Below, piece by piece: positions 34,618 through 43,451 of a DNA stretch of 64,000 bases. Made by a program: the position numbers and the translations under genes. Source of the DNA: Solirubrobacteraceae bacterium (GTDB taxonomy: Bacteria > Actinomycetota > Thermoleophilia > Solirubrobacterales > Solirubrobacteraceae); the NCBI GenBank assembly GCA_040399005.1, contig JBBATA010000001.1, positions 22,199-86,198 on the forward strand, read 5' to 3'. Every line of letters starts with the position of its first letter. The stretch's first letter is position 1. Under the pieces are notes generated by a model. That model had not been told where the DNA came from. It made no database searches and saw only the letters and a list, made by a program, of their open reading frames with translations.

Positions 34618-35835
34618 GTGACGCAGCCCAGCGGATTCGACGAGCAGACCCTCGAGCGCTATGCCGACCTGCTGGTCGGGTTCGGCGCCAACGTCCAGCC
34701 CGGGCAGGTGGTCGCGATCGGCGCCGAGGTGGGCAAGGAGGAGGTCGCCCGGGCCCTGGCCGAAGCGGCCTACAGGCGCGGCGCGAAATTCGTGGACGTC
34801 TCCTACTTCGACCTCCACGTCAAGCACGCCCGCCTCGAGCACGCCGCCGAGGAGACCCTCGACTTCGTCCCGTCCTGGTTCGGCGAGCGGATACTTGCCC
34901 TCGGTGACCAGCGCTGCGCCCGGATCGGCCTCAGCGGCCCGATCGCGCCCGGCCTCATGGACGACATCGACCCGGCCCGCGCCGGCAAGGACCAGCTGCC
35001 GGCGCTCAAGGAGGGCGGCAAGGTCGTCAACGACCGCACCACCAACTGGACGATCGGCCCGTGCCCGAGCCTGCCGTGGGCCCGGCTGGTCCACCCGTAC
35101 CTGGACGAGGACGAAGCCCTGGCGAAGCTGGTCGAGGAGCTCGTCCACGTCTGCCGGCTCGACGAGGAGGACCCCGTCGCCGCCTGGTCGCAGCGGGCCG
35201 ACTTCCTTGCCGACGTCGCTTCGCGCCTGAACGGGCGATCTTTCGACTCGCTCCACTTCGAGGGACCGGGCACCGACCTGACCGTCGGGCTGCTGCCCTC
35301 CAGCCGCTTCCTGTCGGCGAAGTTCGAGACCGTCGACGGGATAGTCCACATGCCCAACATTCCCTCGGAGGAGATCTTCTCGGCGCCCGACCCGGAGCGG
35401 ACCGAGGGGGTCGTGCGCTCGACCAAGCCGCTGGTAGTTGGCGGCTCGATCATCCACGGGCTCGAAGTCGAGTTCAGGAACGGCCGTGCCGTGCGGATCG
35501 ATGCCGAGGAGAACGCCGCGGTGCTGCGCGGCTACGCCGAGAGCGACGAGGGAGCCTGCCGCCTGGGGGAGGTCGCCCTGGTCGACGCGGCCGGGCGGAT
35601 CGGGAACACCGGGACGACCTTCTTCGACACGCTCCTGGACGAGAACGCCGCCGGCCACATCGCCCTCGGCTCGGCCTACGGGATCTGCGTCGAATCCGAA
35701 GAGGACCGCAAACGGATAAACCAGAGCCGGATCCACGTCGACTTCATGATCGGCTCCGACGAGATGACGGTCACCGGCATCGCCACCGACGGCAGCCGCA
35801 CGCCGGTCCTCGTCGCCGGCGACTGGAAGATCTGA
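34618..35835 (+). CDS. M29-family aminopeptidase (AmpS/PepS-like)
   Basis: 405 aa. 'NIPSEEIFSAP' and 'LLDENAAGHIALGSAY...IHVDFMI'. Confidence 0.8.
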   Translation: MTQPSGFDEQTLERYADLLVGFGANVQPGQVVAIGAEVGKEEVARALAEAAYRRGAKFVDVSYFDLHVKHARLEHAAEETLDFVPSWFGERILALGDQRCARIGLSGPIAPGLMDDIDPARAGKDQLPALKEGGKVVNDRTTNWTIGPCPSLPWARLVHPYLDEDEALAKLVEELVHVCRLDEEDPVAAWSQRADFLADVASRLNGRSFDSLHFEGPGTDLTVGLLPSSRFLSAKFETVDGIVHMPNIPSEEIFSAPDPERTEGVVRSTKPLVVGGSIIHGLEVEFRNGRAVRIDAEENAAVLRGYAESDEGACRLGEVALVDAAGRIGNTGTTFFDTLLDENAAGHIALGSAYGICVESEEDRKRINQSRIHVDFMIGSDEMTVTGIATDGSRTPVLVAGDWKI

Positions 35836-35836
35836 C

Positions 35837-36472
35837 TCAGTCGGCGCGCCGGCTGGGGTGGCGGCGCCACCACCAGACGACCGAGGCGGCTCCGAGCAGC
35901 AGGGCCAGGGCGATGAGGAGAGGCTTGCCGATCGGCCCGATCACGTCGGAGACACGGTCCCACTCCTCCCCAAGGATCCAGCCCGCGCCGATCAGGGCAG
36001 CGTTCCAGGCCAGGCTCCCGATGGTGGTTAGGAGGATGTACTGGACGCGGGACATCTTCAGCGTCCCCGCCGGTAGCGAGACGAGGCTGCGCACGCCAGG
36101 GATGCAGCGTCCGACGAGGACGATGATCGGCCCGCGCCGCTGGAACCACGCGTCGGCACGGTCGAGGTCCTCGGGCTCGACCCGCAGGATCGAGCCGTAG
36201 CGCAGGACGAACGGCCGCCCGCCGTACCTCGCCAGCTCGTAGAGGAAGACCGAGCCAAGCACCGACCCGAGCGTCGCCGCCGCCAGGACCCCGACGAACG
36301 AGAGCTCGCCGCGAGCCACGAAGAACCCGGCGAGCGGAAGGACGACCTCGGACGGGATCGGCGGGAAGACGTTCTCCACGAACATCAGGACGACGAGGCC
36401 CAGAAGGCCCAGGTCCCGAATCACCTCGTTGACGGTGTCGGTTACGGCGAGGGTCACGAGGGCGGCGGCCAT
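35837..36472 (-). CDS. DedA-family membrane protein
   Basis: 211 aa. Hallmark 'ENVFPPIPSEVVLPLAGF'. Confidence 0.8.
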   Translation of the reverse strand: MAAALVTLAVTDTVNEVIRDLGLLGLVVLMFVENVFPPIPSEVVLPLAGFFVARGELSFVGVLAAATLGSVLGSVFLYELARYGGRPFVLRYGSILRVEPEDLDRADAWFQRRGPIIVLVGRCIPGVRSLVSLPAGTLKMSRVQYILLTTIGSLAWNAALIGAGWILGEEWDRVSDVIGPIGKPLLIALALLLGAASVVWWWRRHPSRRAD

Positions 36473-36525
36473 GGGCCGACAATGCTACGGGGCGGGGGCT
36501 ACGCTTCTGCGGCCAGAGCGATCCA

Positions 36526-36614
36526 GGAGAGGTGCCGGAGTGGTTGAACGGGCACGACTGGAAATCGTGTAACGGGGGCAACCTCGTTCGAGGGTTCGAA
36601 TCCCTCCCTCTCCG
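36526..36614 (+). tRNA. tRNA-Ser (anticodon GGA)
   Basis: Hand-folded. Acceptor GGAGAGG/CCTCTCC, anticodon stem CACGA/TCGTG with loop CU-GGA-AA, long variable arm, T-arm GAGGG-TTCGAAT-CCCTC. Confidence 0.85.
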
Positions 36615-36634
36615 CTCTGGATAGTCTCGGCGAG

Positions 36635-38659
36635 GTGGAGGGGGAGCGCCTTTACCGCAGGGTCCTGCGGTCGTCGATGGTGACCGACTGGGCAGCGACC
36701 CGCTGGCTGGGCCCGCTGAGGGTGGCCCTGATCACGGGCGGCCTGGCTTTCGCCGCCGTAGAGCTCGTCGGCGCCGAGGCGGCATTCCCCCTCGCGATCG
36801 GCGCGGTGCTCGCGGGTGTCTGCGACCCAAAGGGCGACATCGACGAGAGGCTGAGGGGAATGGGGCTGACGGCGATCTCGGTTGCCGCTGCCGCCGCCCT
36901 GGGGATCGTCATATCCGACAGCTTCCCCATCCAGCTCGCGGTGACCGCGCTGGCCGCGGCCCTCTGCGGTTACGTGGGCCTCGCCGGCCCGAAGGCCGCC
37001 GTCGCCGGGATGCTCACGCTCGTAATCCTGGTCGTCTTCAGCGGGACCCCGGACCCGATCGGCGCGGCACTCCCATCGGCCGGGTGGATGCTGCTCGGGT
37101 CCACCGTGATGATCCTGTCGGTGATCCTTCCGCTCTTCGCAGGCCGGATCGGCGGGGTGCGAACCGACATAGCCGTCGCATACCGCGCCCAGGCGCTCGC
37201 CCTGCGCGACAGGAAGACCGGGATTGCCTCCCCGGGCGGTGCGCTCAAGATCTCGGCGGCCCGAGGCCGCATCATCGCGGGCGACCTGCCCGGACCGACG
37301 CGGGAATGGTGCCTGGCGCTCGTCGAATGCTGCGACCAGGCCCGCATCGCGCTCTTCAACCTGCGCGGCGATTCGTACCACGCCGACGAGAGCGCGGCGG
37401 CAGCCAGGGCCGCCTTCGAAAGTGTCGCGGCGAACGTGATGCTCTCCATCGCCGGAGCGCTCGAGATCCCGCTCCGGCGGCGGGCGCTGGCCGGTCGTAC
37501 CGAGCAGCTTCTCGCCGCTTCCCGGGCCTGCGAGGGCAGCCTTGGCGAGATGGAGCTCGAGGCGGTCCGCGAGGTGACGGCCAGCCTCTGCGAAGCGTCG
37601 GAACTGACGGCGGGACCCTGGCCGATCGGCCGGCAGGCGTTTACCGGCCTGCGGATCGGGTATTCGCCGACCGGCTTCCAGAACCTCATCCACCACCGCG
37701 ACCCCGACCTCCTCTTCACCCGGCACGCGATCCGGCTCACGATCCTGATCGTCATCGCGACGCTGATCGCCCAGCTGGACACGGCCAGCCACTCCTACTG
37801 GCTGCCGATGACCGTCGCCTGGGTCACCAAGCCGGACGCCGCCGGCACGGCGCCGCGCGTGGTCGGCCGAATCACGGGGACCGTTGTCGGGCTGCTCACC
37901 ACGGCGGCGGTTGCCCTCGTCCTGGGCGAGGGTCTGGCGACCGTGACGGTGACGGTGACGATCGGGGCCTTCATCGTCGCCGCGTTCCTCGTTAGCAACT
38001 ACGCCTTCAGCACCTTCGGCGCCACGATCATGATCGTCGGCCTGATGCACCTTGCCGATCCCGGGATCAACTCGATCCTCGGCGAGCGCCTGCTCGACAC
38101 CGTGGTTGCCGGAGTGCTGGTGCTCGGCCTGGCTTACCTGTGGCCGACCAGGCTCACCGACACCATCTGCCAGGAGCTGGCCCAGACGGCGCGGGCGCTG
38201 GCCGCCTACGGGCGGGCCGCGATCGCTGTCGACCCGGAGGCGGTGACCGCGGCCCACGACCCGCTACGCGAGGCCCGGCTTCGCTCGACGGCGATCGTCA
38301 ACGCTGCAGCCAACGAGCCGCCGGGGCACGCGCTCAGCTATTCACTCGCCGAGCAGATCAACGCCGACCTCGTCACCGCGGTCACGGTCGCCGCGGGAAT
38401 CGGCGAGTACGAGCGGCGAACCGGGCAGGCTCCGCCGGCACGGGACGAAGAGCTGACCCTGCGATCGATGGACGAGCTCGACCTGCTGGCGGAAAGGCTC
38501 CAGGAGCTTCACGACACCGGGCACGCCCCGGATGCGCAACTTCCGGCCGGGGGGGCACGGACAGCCTTCGAAGAACTGGTCTTCAACGCGCAGGCAACGC
38601 TCAACCACTCGCCGCGGGTGGGTGGCGGAGCAGCCGGAGCGGTCCCGGCCGCCGGTTAG
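36635..38659 (+). CDS. FUSC-family (fusaric acid resistance/aromatic acid exporter-like) membrane protein
   Basis: 674 aa. Two hydrophobic multi-TM blocks separated and followed by soluble helical regions. The GTG start lies 20 nt after the tRNA, and the true start could be the Met at aa 15. Confidence 0.6.
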   Translation: MEGERLYRRVLRSSMVTDWAATRWLGPLRVALITGGLAFAAVELVGAEAAFPLAIGAVLAGVCDPKGDIDERLRGMGLTAISVAAAAALGIVISDSFPIQLAVTALAAALCGYVGLAGPKAAVAGMLTLVILVVFSGTPDPIGAALPSAGWMLLGSTVMILSVILPLFAGRIGGVRTDIAVAYRAQALALRDRKTGIASPGGALKISAARGRIIAGDLPGPTREWCLALVECCDQARIALFNLRGDSYHADESAAAARAAFESVAANVMLSIAGALEIPLRRRALAGRTEQLLAASRACEGSLGEMELEAVREVTASLCEASELTAGPWPIGRQAFTGLRIGYSPTGFQNLIHHRDPDLLFTRHAIRLTILIVIATLIAQLDTASHSYWLPMTVAWVTKPDAAGTAPRVVGRITGTVVGLLTTAAVALVLGEGLATVTVTVTIGAFIVAAFLVSNYAFSTFGATIMIVGLMHLADPGINSILGERLLDTVVAGVLVLGLAYLWPTRLTDTICQELAQTARALAAYGRAAIAVDPEAVTAAHDPLREARLRSTAIVNAAANEPPGHALSYSLAEQINADLVTAVTVAAGIGEYERRTGQAPPARDEELTLRSMDELDLLAERLQELHDTGHAPDAQLPAGGARTAFEELVFNAQATLNHSPRVGGGAAGAVPAAG

Positions 38660-38665
38660 GAGAGG

Positions 38666-39094
38666 TCAGCGCTCGGCGAGCCGCTGTTCGCGACGGGCGT
38701 CCGCGGCGGCCATGATCTCCGGGTCGCCGTCCTCGAACGCAGGGAGCTGGGTGGGGCGCGCCTCCTCGTCGAGGGCGACCATCGTCAGGAAGGCGGTGGC
38801 GACCAGGCGCCGCTCGCGGGTGGCCGGGCTCTCGGCCCACGCCTCCACCTCAACCTCCATCGAGCTGTTCCAGACCTGATTGACGCGAGAGTTCAGGCTC
38901 AGGAGCTCGCCCACGTAGACGGGGGTGCGGAAACTCATCGAGTCGACCGCCGCCGTGGCGACGCGCATGTGGGCGAGGCGGATTGCCGCCAGGCCCGCCG
39001 CCTCGTCGATCAGCCGCAGGACGACTCCCCCGTGGACGTTTCCGGCCGCACTGGCGTCGCCGGGTCCCATCCAGAGGGTCAGGGCAGGCTCCAT
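38666..39094 (-). CDS. acyl-CoA thioesterase (hotdog fold)
   Basis: C-terminal 142 aa of ORF 38666..39310, from 'MEPALTLWMG'. 'NVHGGVVLRLIDEAAG'. Confidence 0.75.
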   Translation of the reverse strand: MEPALTLWMGPGDASAAGNVHGGVVLRLIDEAAGLAAIRLAHMRVATAAVDSMSFRTPVYVGELLSLNSRVNQVWNSSMEVEVEAWAESPATRERRLVATAFLTMVALDEEARPTQLPAFEDGDPEIMAAADARREQRLAER

Positions 39095-39099
39095 CTCGC

Positions 39100-39489
39100 T
39101 CACGCCCGCACCCCCTCGACCAGTTCGCGGTCGTGCGGGTAGGAGAGGAGCCGTGCCGCCTCGGCGGGTTCCAGCCAGCGCATCTCGTCTACCTCGTCGT
39201 TGGCCTCGAAGTCGCCTCCGGTCACCTCCATCAGCCAGTAACGGACGAGCTTGGGGCGTCCCTTCTGGTCGACGTAGCTGACCGGCTCGAGCTCGAGACC
39301 GAGCTCGCACTCGAGCCCGGTCTCCTCCAGGACCTCGCGCAGCGCGGCCTCCTCGAAGCTCTCCCCGGCGTCGAGCTTGCCCTTGGGAAGCGACCAGTCG
39401 TCGTAGCGGTCCCGGTGCACGACGGCGATCTTCCCGTCACGGATGATCACGCCTCCCGCGGCCTCAATCCGGACGGGAACGCCGCTCAC
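39100..39489 (-). CDS. NUDIX hydrolase
   Basis: 129 aa. Nudix box 'GKLDAGESFEEAALREVLEETGL'. Confidence 0.8.
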   Translation of the reverse strand: MSGVPVRIEAAGGVIIRDGKIAVVHRDRYDDWSLPKGKLDAGESFEEAALREVLEETGLECELGLELEPVSYVDQKGRPKLVRYWLMEVTGGDFEANDEVDEMRWLEPAEAARLLSYPHDRELVEGVRA

Positions 39490-39962
39490 GGCCGGGGCTC
39501 CCCGGCCATCTCGGCCAGCTCGCGCGGGCGAAGGAGGACGATCAGCTCCGGAGCCGGCCCGAGCCGGATCCCGGCCACCCCGCCCTTCTTCATGTCCACC
39601 CGGGCGCCGGTTAGCTCGTGGACGATCGAGCTGAAGTCGGGCTCGTGACCCACGATCAACACGCGCCCACCGTGCTCGGGGCCGACGAGGTCGCGGGCCT
39701 GCGATCCCCCGAAGCCGCCACCCAGCGGATCATGGAGGACCGGCTCGTTGCCCAGCGCCTCGCACGCCAGGAGGGCGGTGTCGCGCGCCCGCACCCGCGG
39801 ACTGGTGACGACGGCGGTGAAGTCGAGTCCGAGGCCGGAGAGGGCTGTGCCGGCGTTGCGGGACTGCGCCTCGCCGCGGTCGGTGAGGCGCCGGTCGAAG
39901 TCGTCGCGGGTTCCGTGCGGTTCGGCGTCTCCGTGACGCAGGAGCCAGAGCTGGTCGGCCAT
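39486..39962 (-). CDS. histidine phosphatase family protein (SixA-like)
   Basis: 158 aa. 'LWLLRHGDAE' RHG motif. Its stop overlaps the NUDIX start by 4 nt. Confidence 0.75.
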   Translation of the reverse strand: MADQLWLLRHGDAEPHGTRDDFDRRLTDRGEAQSRNAGTALSGLGLDFTAVVTSPRVRARDTALLACEALGNEPVLHDPLGGGFGGSQARDLVGPEHGGRVLIVGHEPDFSSIVHELTGARVDMKKGGVAGIRLGPAPELIVLLRPRELAEMAGEPRP

Positions 39963-40000
39963 CGCCCGCGAAGCGTAGAGGACGGGTAGCGTTCGCGCCC

Positions 40001-41080
40001 GTGTCGATGCACAGGCTCGCCGAAGACGACGTGGTCGCGCGCCACGAGGACGCCGAGGGAGCGGCGCGCCCGCCCCTGGTCGTGCTCGAGCCGCTGGCCG
40101 AATTCCTCGACGGTGCCGGAATCGGATCCGGGGAGATGGAGATCGAGCCGATCGGCGAGGGCCACTCGAACGTCACCTTCCTCGTGAGCCGCGGCGATAC
40201 CGAGTTCATCCTGCGCCGCCCGCCCCGGCCCCCGCTTCCGCCGAGCGCCCACGACGTACTGAGGGAGGCCCGCGTGATCGGGGCCCTGGAGGGCCGCGCG
40301 CGCGTTCCCCGCGTGCTGGCCACCTGTGCCGACGAGAGCGTAATCGGCGCGCCCTTCTTCGTGATGGAGCGGGTACCCGGCGAGGTGATCACGAGCGAGA
40401 TGCCGGCAGCCCTCTCCGCGCCGGAGGAGTGCCGCCGCACCGGCGAAGAGCTGATCGACGGCCTCGTGGAGCTCCACGCCGTCGACTGGGAGGAGGCGGG
40501 CCTCGGCGACTTCGGCAAGCCGACCGGATACCTCGAGCGCCAGCTGCGCCGCTTCACCGGCCTCTGGGAGCACAACCGGACCCGCGAAATCCCCGCGGTC
40601 GAGGAGGTCGGCACCTGGCTGGCGGCCAACATGCCCGAGTCGGGCCCGGCGACGATCGTCCACGGCGACTACCGGCTGGGCAACACGATCTTCTCGGCCA
40701 GCGCGCCGGCCCGCCTGGAGGCGATCCTCGACTGGGAGATGGCGACGATCGGCGACCCGCTCGCCGACCTGGGCTACTTCGCCACGCTCTACGTCGACTC
40801 GACCGACCCGCAGGGCGGACTCTTCGAGCTCAGCTCGGTGACGCGGACCGAGGGTTTCCCCAGCCGGGCCGAGATGATCTCCCGCTACGAGGAACGCTCG
40901 GGCCGGGCGATGACCGACATCACCTGGTACCAGACGCTCGCCCTCTGGAAGGCCACCGTCTTCATGGAGGGCAACTACAAGCGTGCGATCAGCGGCAGCA
41001 CCGACGACCCGGTACTGAAGGCGTTCGGGGACGGGGTCGTCCAGCTGGCCGAGAACGCAGTGGAGCTGACCCGTGGCTGA
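40001..41080 (+). CDS. phosphotransferase-family kinase (APH-like, ACAD10/11-N-terminal/LvaA-like type)
   Basis: 359 aa. Catalytic 'HGDYRLGN' and 'ILDWEMATIGDPLADL'. Confidence 0.75.
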   Translation: MSMHRLAEDDVVARHEDAEGAARPPLVVLEPLAEFLDGAGIGSGEMEIEPIGEGHSNVTFLVSRGDTEFILRRPPRPPLPPSAHDVLREARVIGALEGRARVPRVLATCADESVIGAPFFVMERVPGEVITSEMPAALSAPEECRRTGEELIDGLVELHAVDWEEAGLGDFGKPTGYLERQLRRFTGLWEHNRTREIPAVEEVGTWLAANMPESGPATIVHGDYRLGNTIFSASAPARLEAILDWEMATIGDPLADLGYFATLYVDSTDPQGGLFELSSVTRTEGFPSRAEMISRYEERSGRAMTDITWYQTLALWKATVFMEGNYKRAISGSTDDPVLKAFGDGVVQLAENAVELTRG

Positions 41081-41699
41081 GGGCCCGGCGCGGGGGCTGC
41101 TCTTCGACTGGGGTGGCGTCCTGACGACCAACCTCTTTGCCGGCTTCTCGGAGTTCTGCCGCGAGGAGGGGATCGACCCGGGCCTGATCCGCGAGACCTT
41201 CCTCAGCAACCCCGAGGGCCAGCAGGCCCTCTTCGACTTCGAGACGGGAAAGCTCGACGAGCCGGAGTTCGAGCGGCGACTGACCGCTCTCCTGGGCCTG
41301 CCGCCCGAGCGCGCCGAGGGGTTCAACGACCGGATCTTCTCCCGAATCGGCGAGGACCGGCCGATGATCGAGGCACTTCGGCGGGCCCGGGGCCACGGCC
41401 TGCGCACCGGCCTGCTCTCCAATTCGTGGGGCAGCCACCGTTATCCGCGCCACCTCTTCGGAGAGCTCTTCGACGCGGTGGTGATCAGCGGCGAGGAGGG
41501 AATGCGCAAGCCCGACACCGCGATCTACGAGCTGGCGATCGAGCGGATGGAGCTGCCGGCGACGGAGATCGTCTTCGTCGACGACCTCGACCACAACCTC
41601 GTGCCGGCGCGCGAGCTCGGATTCATGACGATCCACCACGGCGACTCCTCGGAGACGCTCGACGAGCTCGAGCGCCTTACCGGGATGAGCCTGCGCTAG
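41073..41699 (+). CDS. HAD-superfamily hydrolase (subfamily IA)
   Basis: 208 aa. Motif I variant 'LLFDWGGVL', 'LLSNS' and 'VFVDD'. Overlaps the kinase gene by 8 nt. Confidence 0.75.
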   Translation: MAEGPARGLLFDWGGVLTTNLFAGFSEFCREEGIDPGLIRETFLSNPEGQQALFDFETGKLDEPEFERRLTALLGLPPERAEGFNDRIFSRIGEDRPMIEALRRARGHGLRTGLLSNSWGSHRYPRHLFGELFDAVVISGEEGMRKPDTAIYELAIERMELPATEIVFVDDLDHNLVPARELGFMTIHHGDSSETLDELERLTGMSLR

Positions 41700-41778
41700 G
41701 CACCGGCGAGTATCTGTCGGCGCAGCTCCTCGCCGCGGCCGGCGGCGACCGTCCGCGCCTCGCGGCGGAAGGGGCGCT

Positions 41779-42624
41779 TCAGCCGGCGGCGATGAGGACG
41801 ACGCCGCTCAGGGCCAGCAGGGCCCCCAGTGCCTGGACCGGCCGCAGGCGCTCGCGGAGGATCAGGAAGGCCAGGAAGATCGTCACGACCGGGTAGAGCG
41901 AGGAGAGGACCGCGACGATGCTGAGCGCCCCGCCGGCGAGGGCCAGCCCCACCAGCGCGGTCGCCGAGACGTCGAAGAGCCCCCCTCCGACCGCCAGGCC
42001 GCGGTCACGGCCGGAGGGCATGCGCACGTGGCGCGCGACCACGGCGGCCAGGAGTACCGGCACGGCGATAACGCGGCCGAAGACGAGCGTCCAGGCGACC
42101 GACTCCTCGTAGGCGACCTCGGCGAAGACGAAGTAGGAGCCCAGGCCGAGGGCGGCGAGAAGCGCGATGGCCACCACCCGCCGGCCACCGGCCTTGTCCT
42201 CGTGGAGCTCCTCTTCGGAGCCCTCGATCGAGGAGAGGATGATCCCGGTCACCGCCAGCGCCAGCCCGACCGCGACCATGGTCGCAAGGGCGTCGCCGCC
42301 GATGATCCCGACGATCACCGGCACCGCCACGCCGCTGGCCGCGATCGGCGTGACGACGCCCAGCTTGCCGAGCGACATTGCCAGGTAGAAGAGCGTCAGC
42401 CCGGCCGAGCCGATCGTGCCGCCGATCACGGCGAATGCGATCGCCCGCGTGGACGGAAGCGGCTCGGAGGTGACGAGGACGAAGGCCAGCGCGGCGGCAA
42501 GACCCACCCCCAGGACGGTCAGCATCACCCCGGGGATGGCGTTGCGGCGGCTGACGATGCCGCCGATGAAGTCGGCGCTGCCCCAGCAGAGGGCGGCCAG
42601 GAGCGAGAGGGGGATCGCGGCCAT
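41779..42624 (-). CDS. EamA/DMT-family transporter
   Basis: 281 aa, about 10 TM segments in two EamA-like halves. Confidence 0.8.
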   Translation of the reverse strand: MAAIPLSLLAALCWGSADFIGGIVSRRNAIPGVMLTVLGVGLAAALAFVLVTSEPLPSTRAIAFAVIGGTIGSAGLTLFYLAMSLGKLGVVTPIAASGVAVPVIVGIIGGDALATMVAVGLALAVTGIILSSIEGSEEELHEDKAGGRRVVAIALLAALGLGSYFVFAEVAYEESVAWTLVFGRVIAVPVLLAAVVARHVRMPSGRDRGLAVGGGLFDVSATALVGLALAGGALSIVAVLSSLYPVVTIFLAFLILRERLRPVQALGALLALSGVVLIAAG

Positions 42625-42655
42625 CGGCTTGGGGCCCGGGCCGGGGCGGGCCCTC

Positions 42656-43447
42656 TCAGCCCCGCAGGGAGTCGGCGCCGGTCACGACCGCCGTCCCCTC
42701 CGGGAGGTTCTGCAGGTAGTCGGTCGGGCCGCCGTCGTGAGCCGGGGCGTCGGGCACCTCGACGACGAGGACCTCCTCGCCCTTTCCGGCCGCCGCTATC
42801 TCCTGGCCGTCGGGGCCGATCACGCGGGTCCCGCCGACGAAGGCCAGGCCGGCCTCCTCGCCGACCCGGTTGACGTAGAGGTGGGGGATGCGGTTGTCGA
42901 GCGCGCGGGCGCGGCCGGAGAGCTCGTGGTCCTCGTAGTAAGGCTCCATGTTGGCCGAGGAGGTGACCAGCAGGTCGGCGCCGGCAACGGCAAGGGCCCG
43001 GGCCAGCTCCGGGAACTCGATCTCGTAACAGACCATCAGCCCGGCCCGGCGGCCGGCGAGCTCGACGACGGTCATCGCCCCGCCGGATTCGAAGCACTTC
43101 GACTCCTCGCCCCAGAGCGCGGTCTTGCGGTGAACCCCGGCGACCTCCCCCCGTTCGTCGATGGCCAGCAGCGAATTGGCCGGCTCGCCGTCACGGCTCT
43201 CGGAGAAGCCGACCAGGACGGCGGTTCCCGCCTCCCTCGCGGCCTCTCTCAGCGGTTCCAGCTCGGGACCGCCCGGCTCGAGGGCGTTGGCGGCAGCGGT
43301 GGAGATGTCGTAGCCGCCCACGAAGAGCTCGGGGAAGACGGCGAGGTCGGCCTCCGGGTGTTCGGCCACGACGACTGCCGCCCGGGCAACGTTGGCCTCG
43401 ACGTCCCCGGGGACGGGAGCAAGCTGGGCGAGGACTGCGACGGTCAC
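42656..43447 (-). CDS. carbon-nitrogen hydrolase (nitrilase superfamily)
   Basis: ORF 42656..43504 trimmed to the GTG at aa 20 ('VTVAVLAQL'). Glu-Lys-Cys triad contexts 'FPELF', 'HRKTAL' and 'MVCYE'. Confidence 0.8.
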   Translation of the reverse strand: MTVAVLAQLAPVPGDVEANVARAAVVVAEHPEADLAVFPELFVGGYDISTAAANALEPGGPELEPLREAAREAGTAVLVGFSESRDGEPANSLLAIDERGEVAGVHRKTALWGEESKCFESGGAMTVVELAGRRAGLMVCYEIEFPELARALAVAGADLLVTSSANMEPYYEDHELSGRARALDNRIPHLYVNRVGEEAGLAFVGGTRVIGPDGQEIAAAGKGEEVLVVEVPDAPAHDGGPTDYLQNLPEGTAVVTGADSLRG

Positions 43448-43451
43448 CGGC

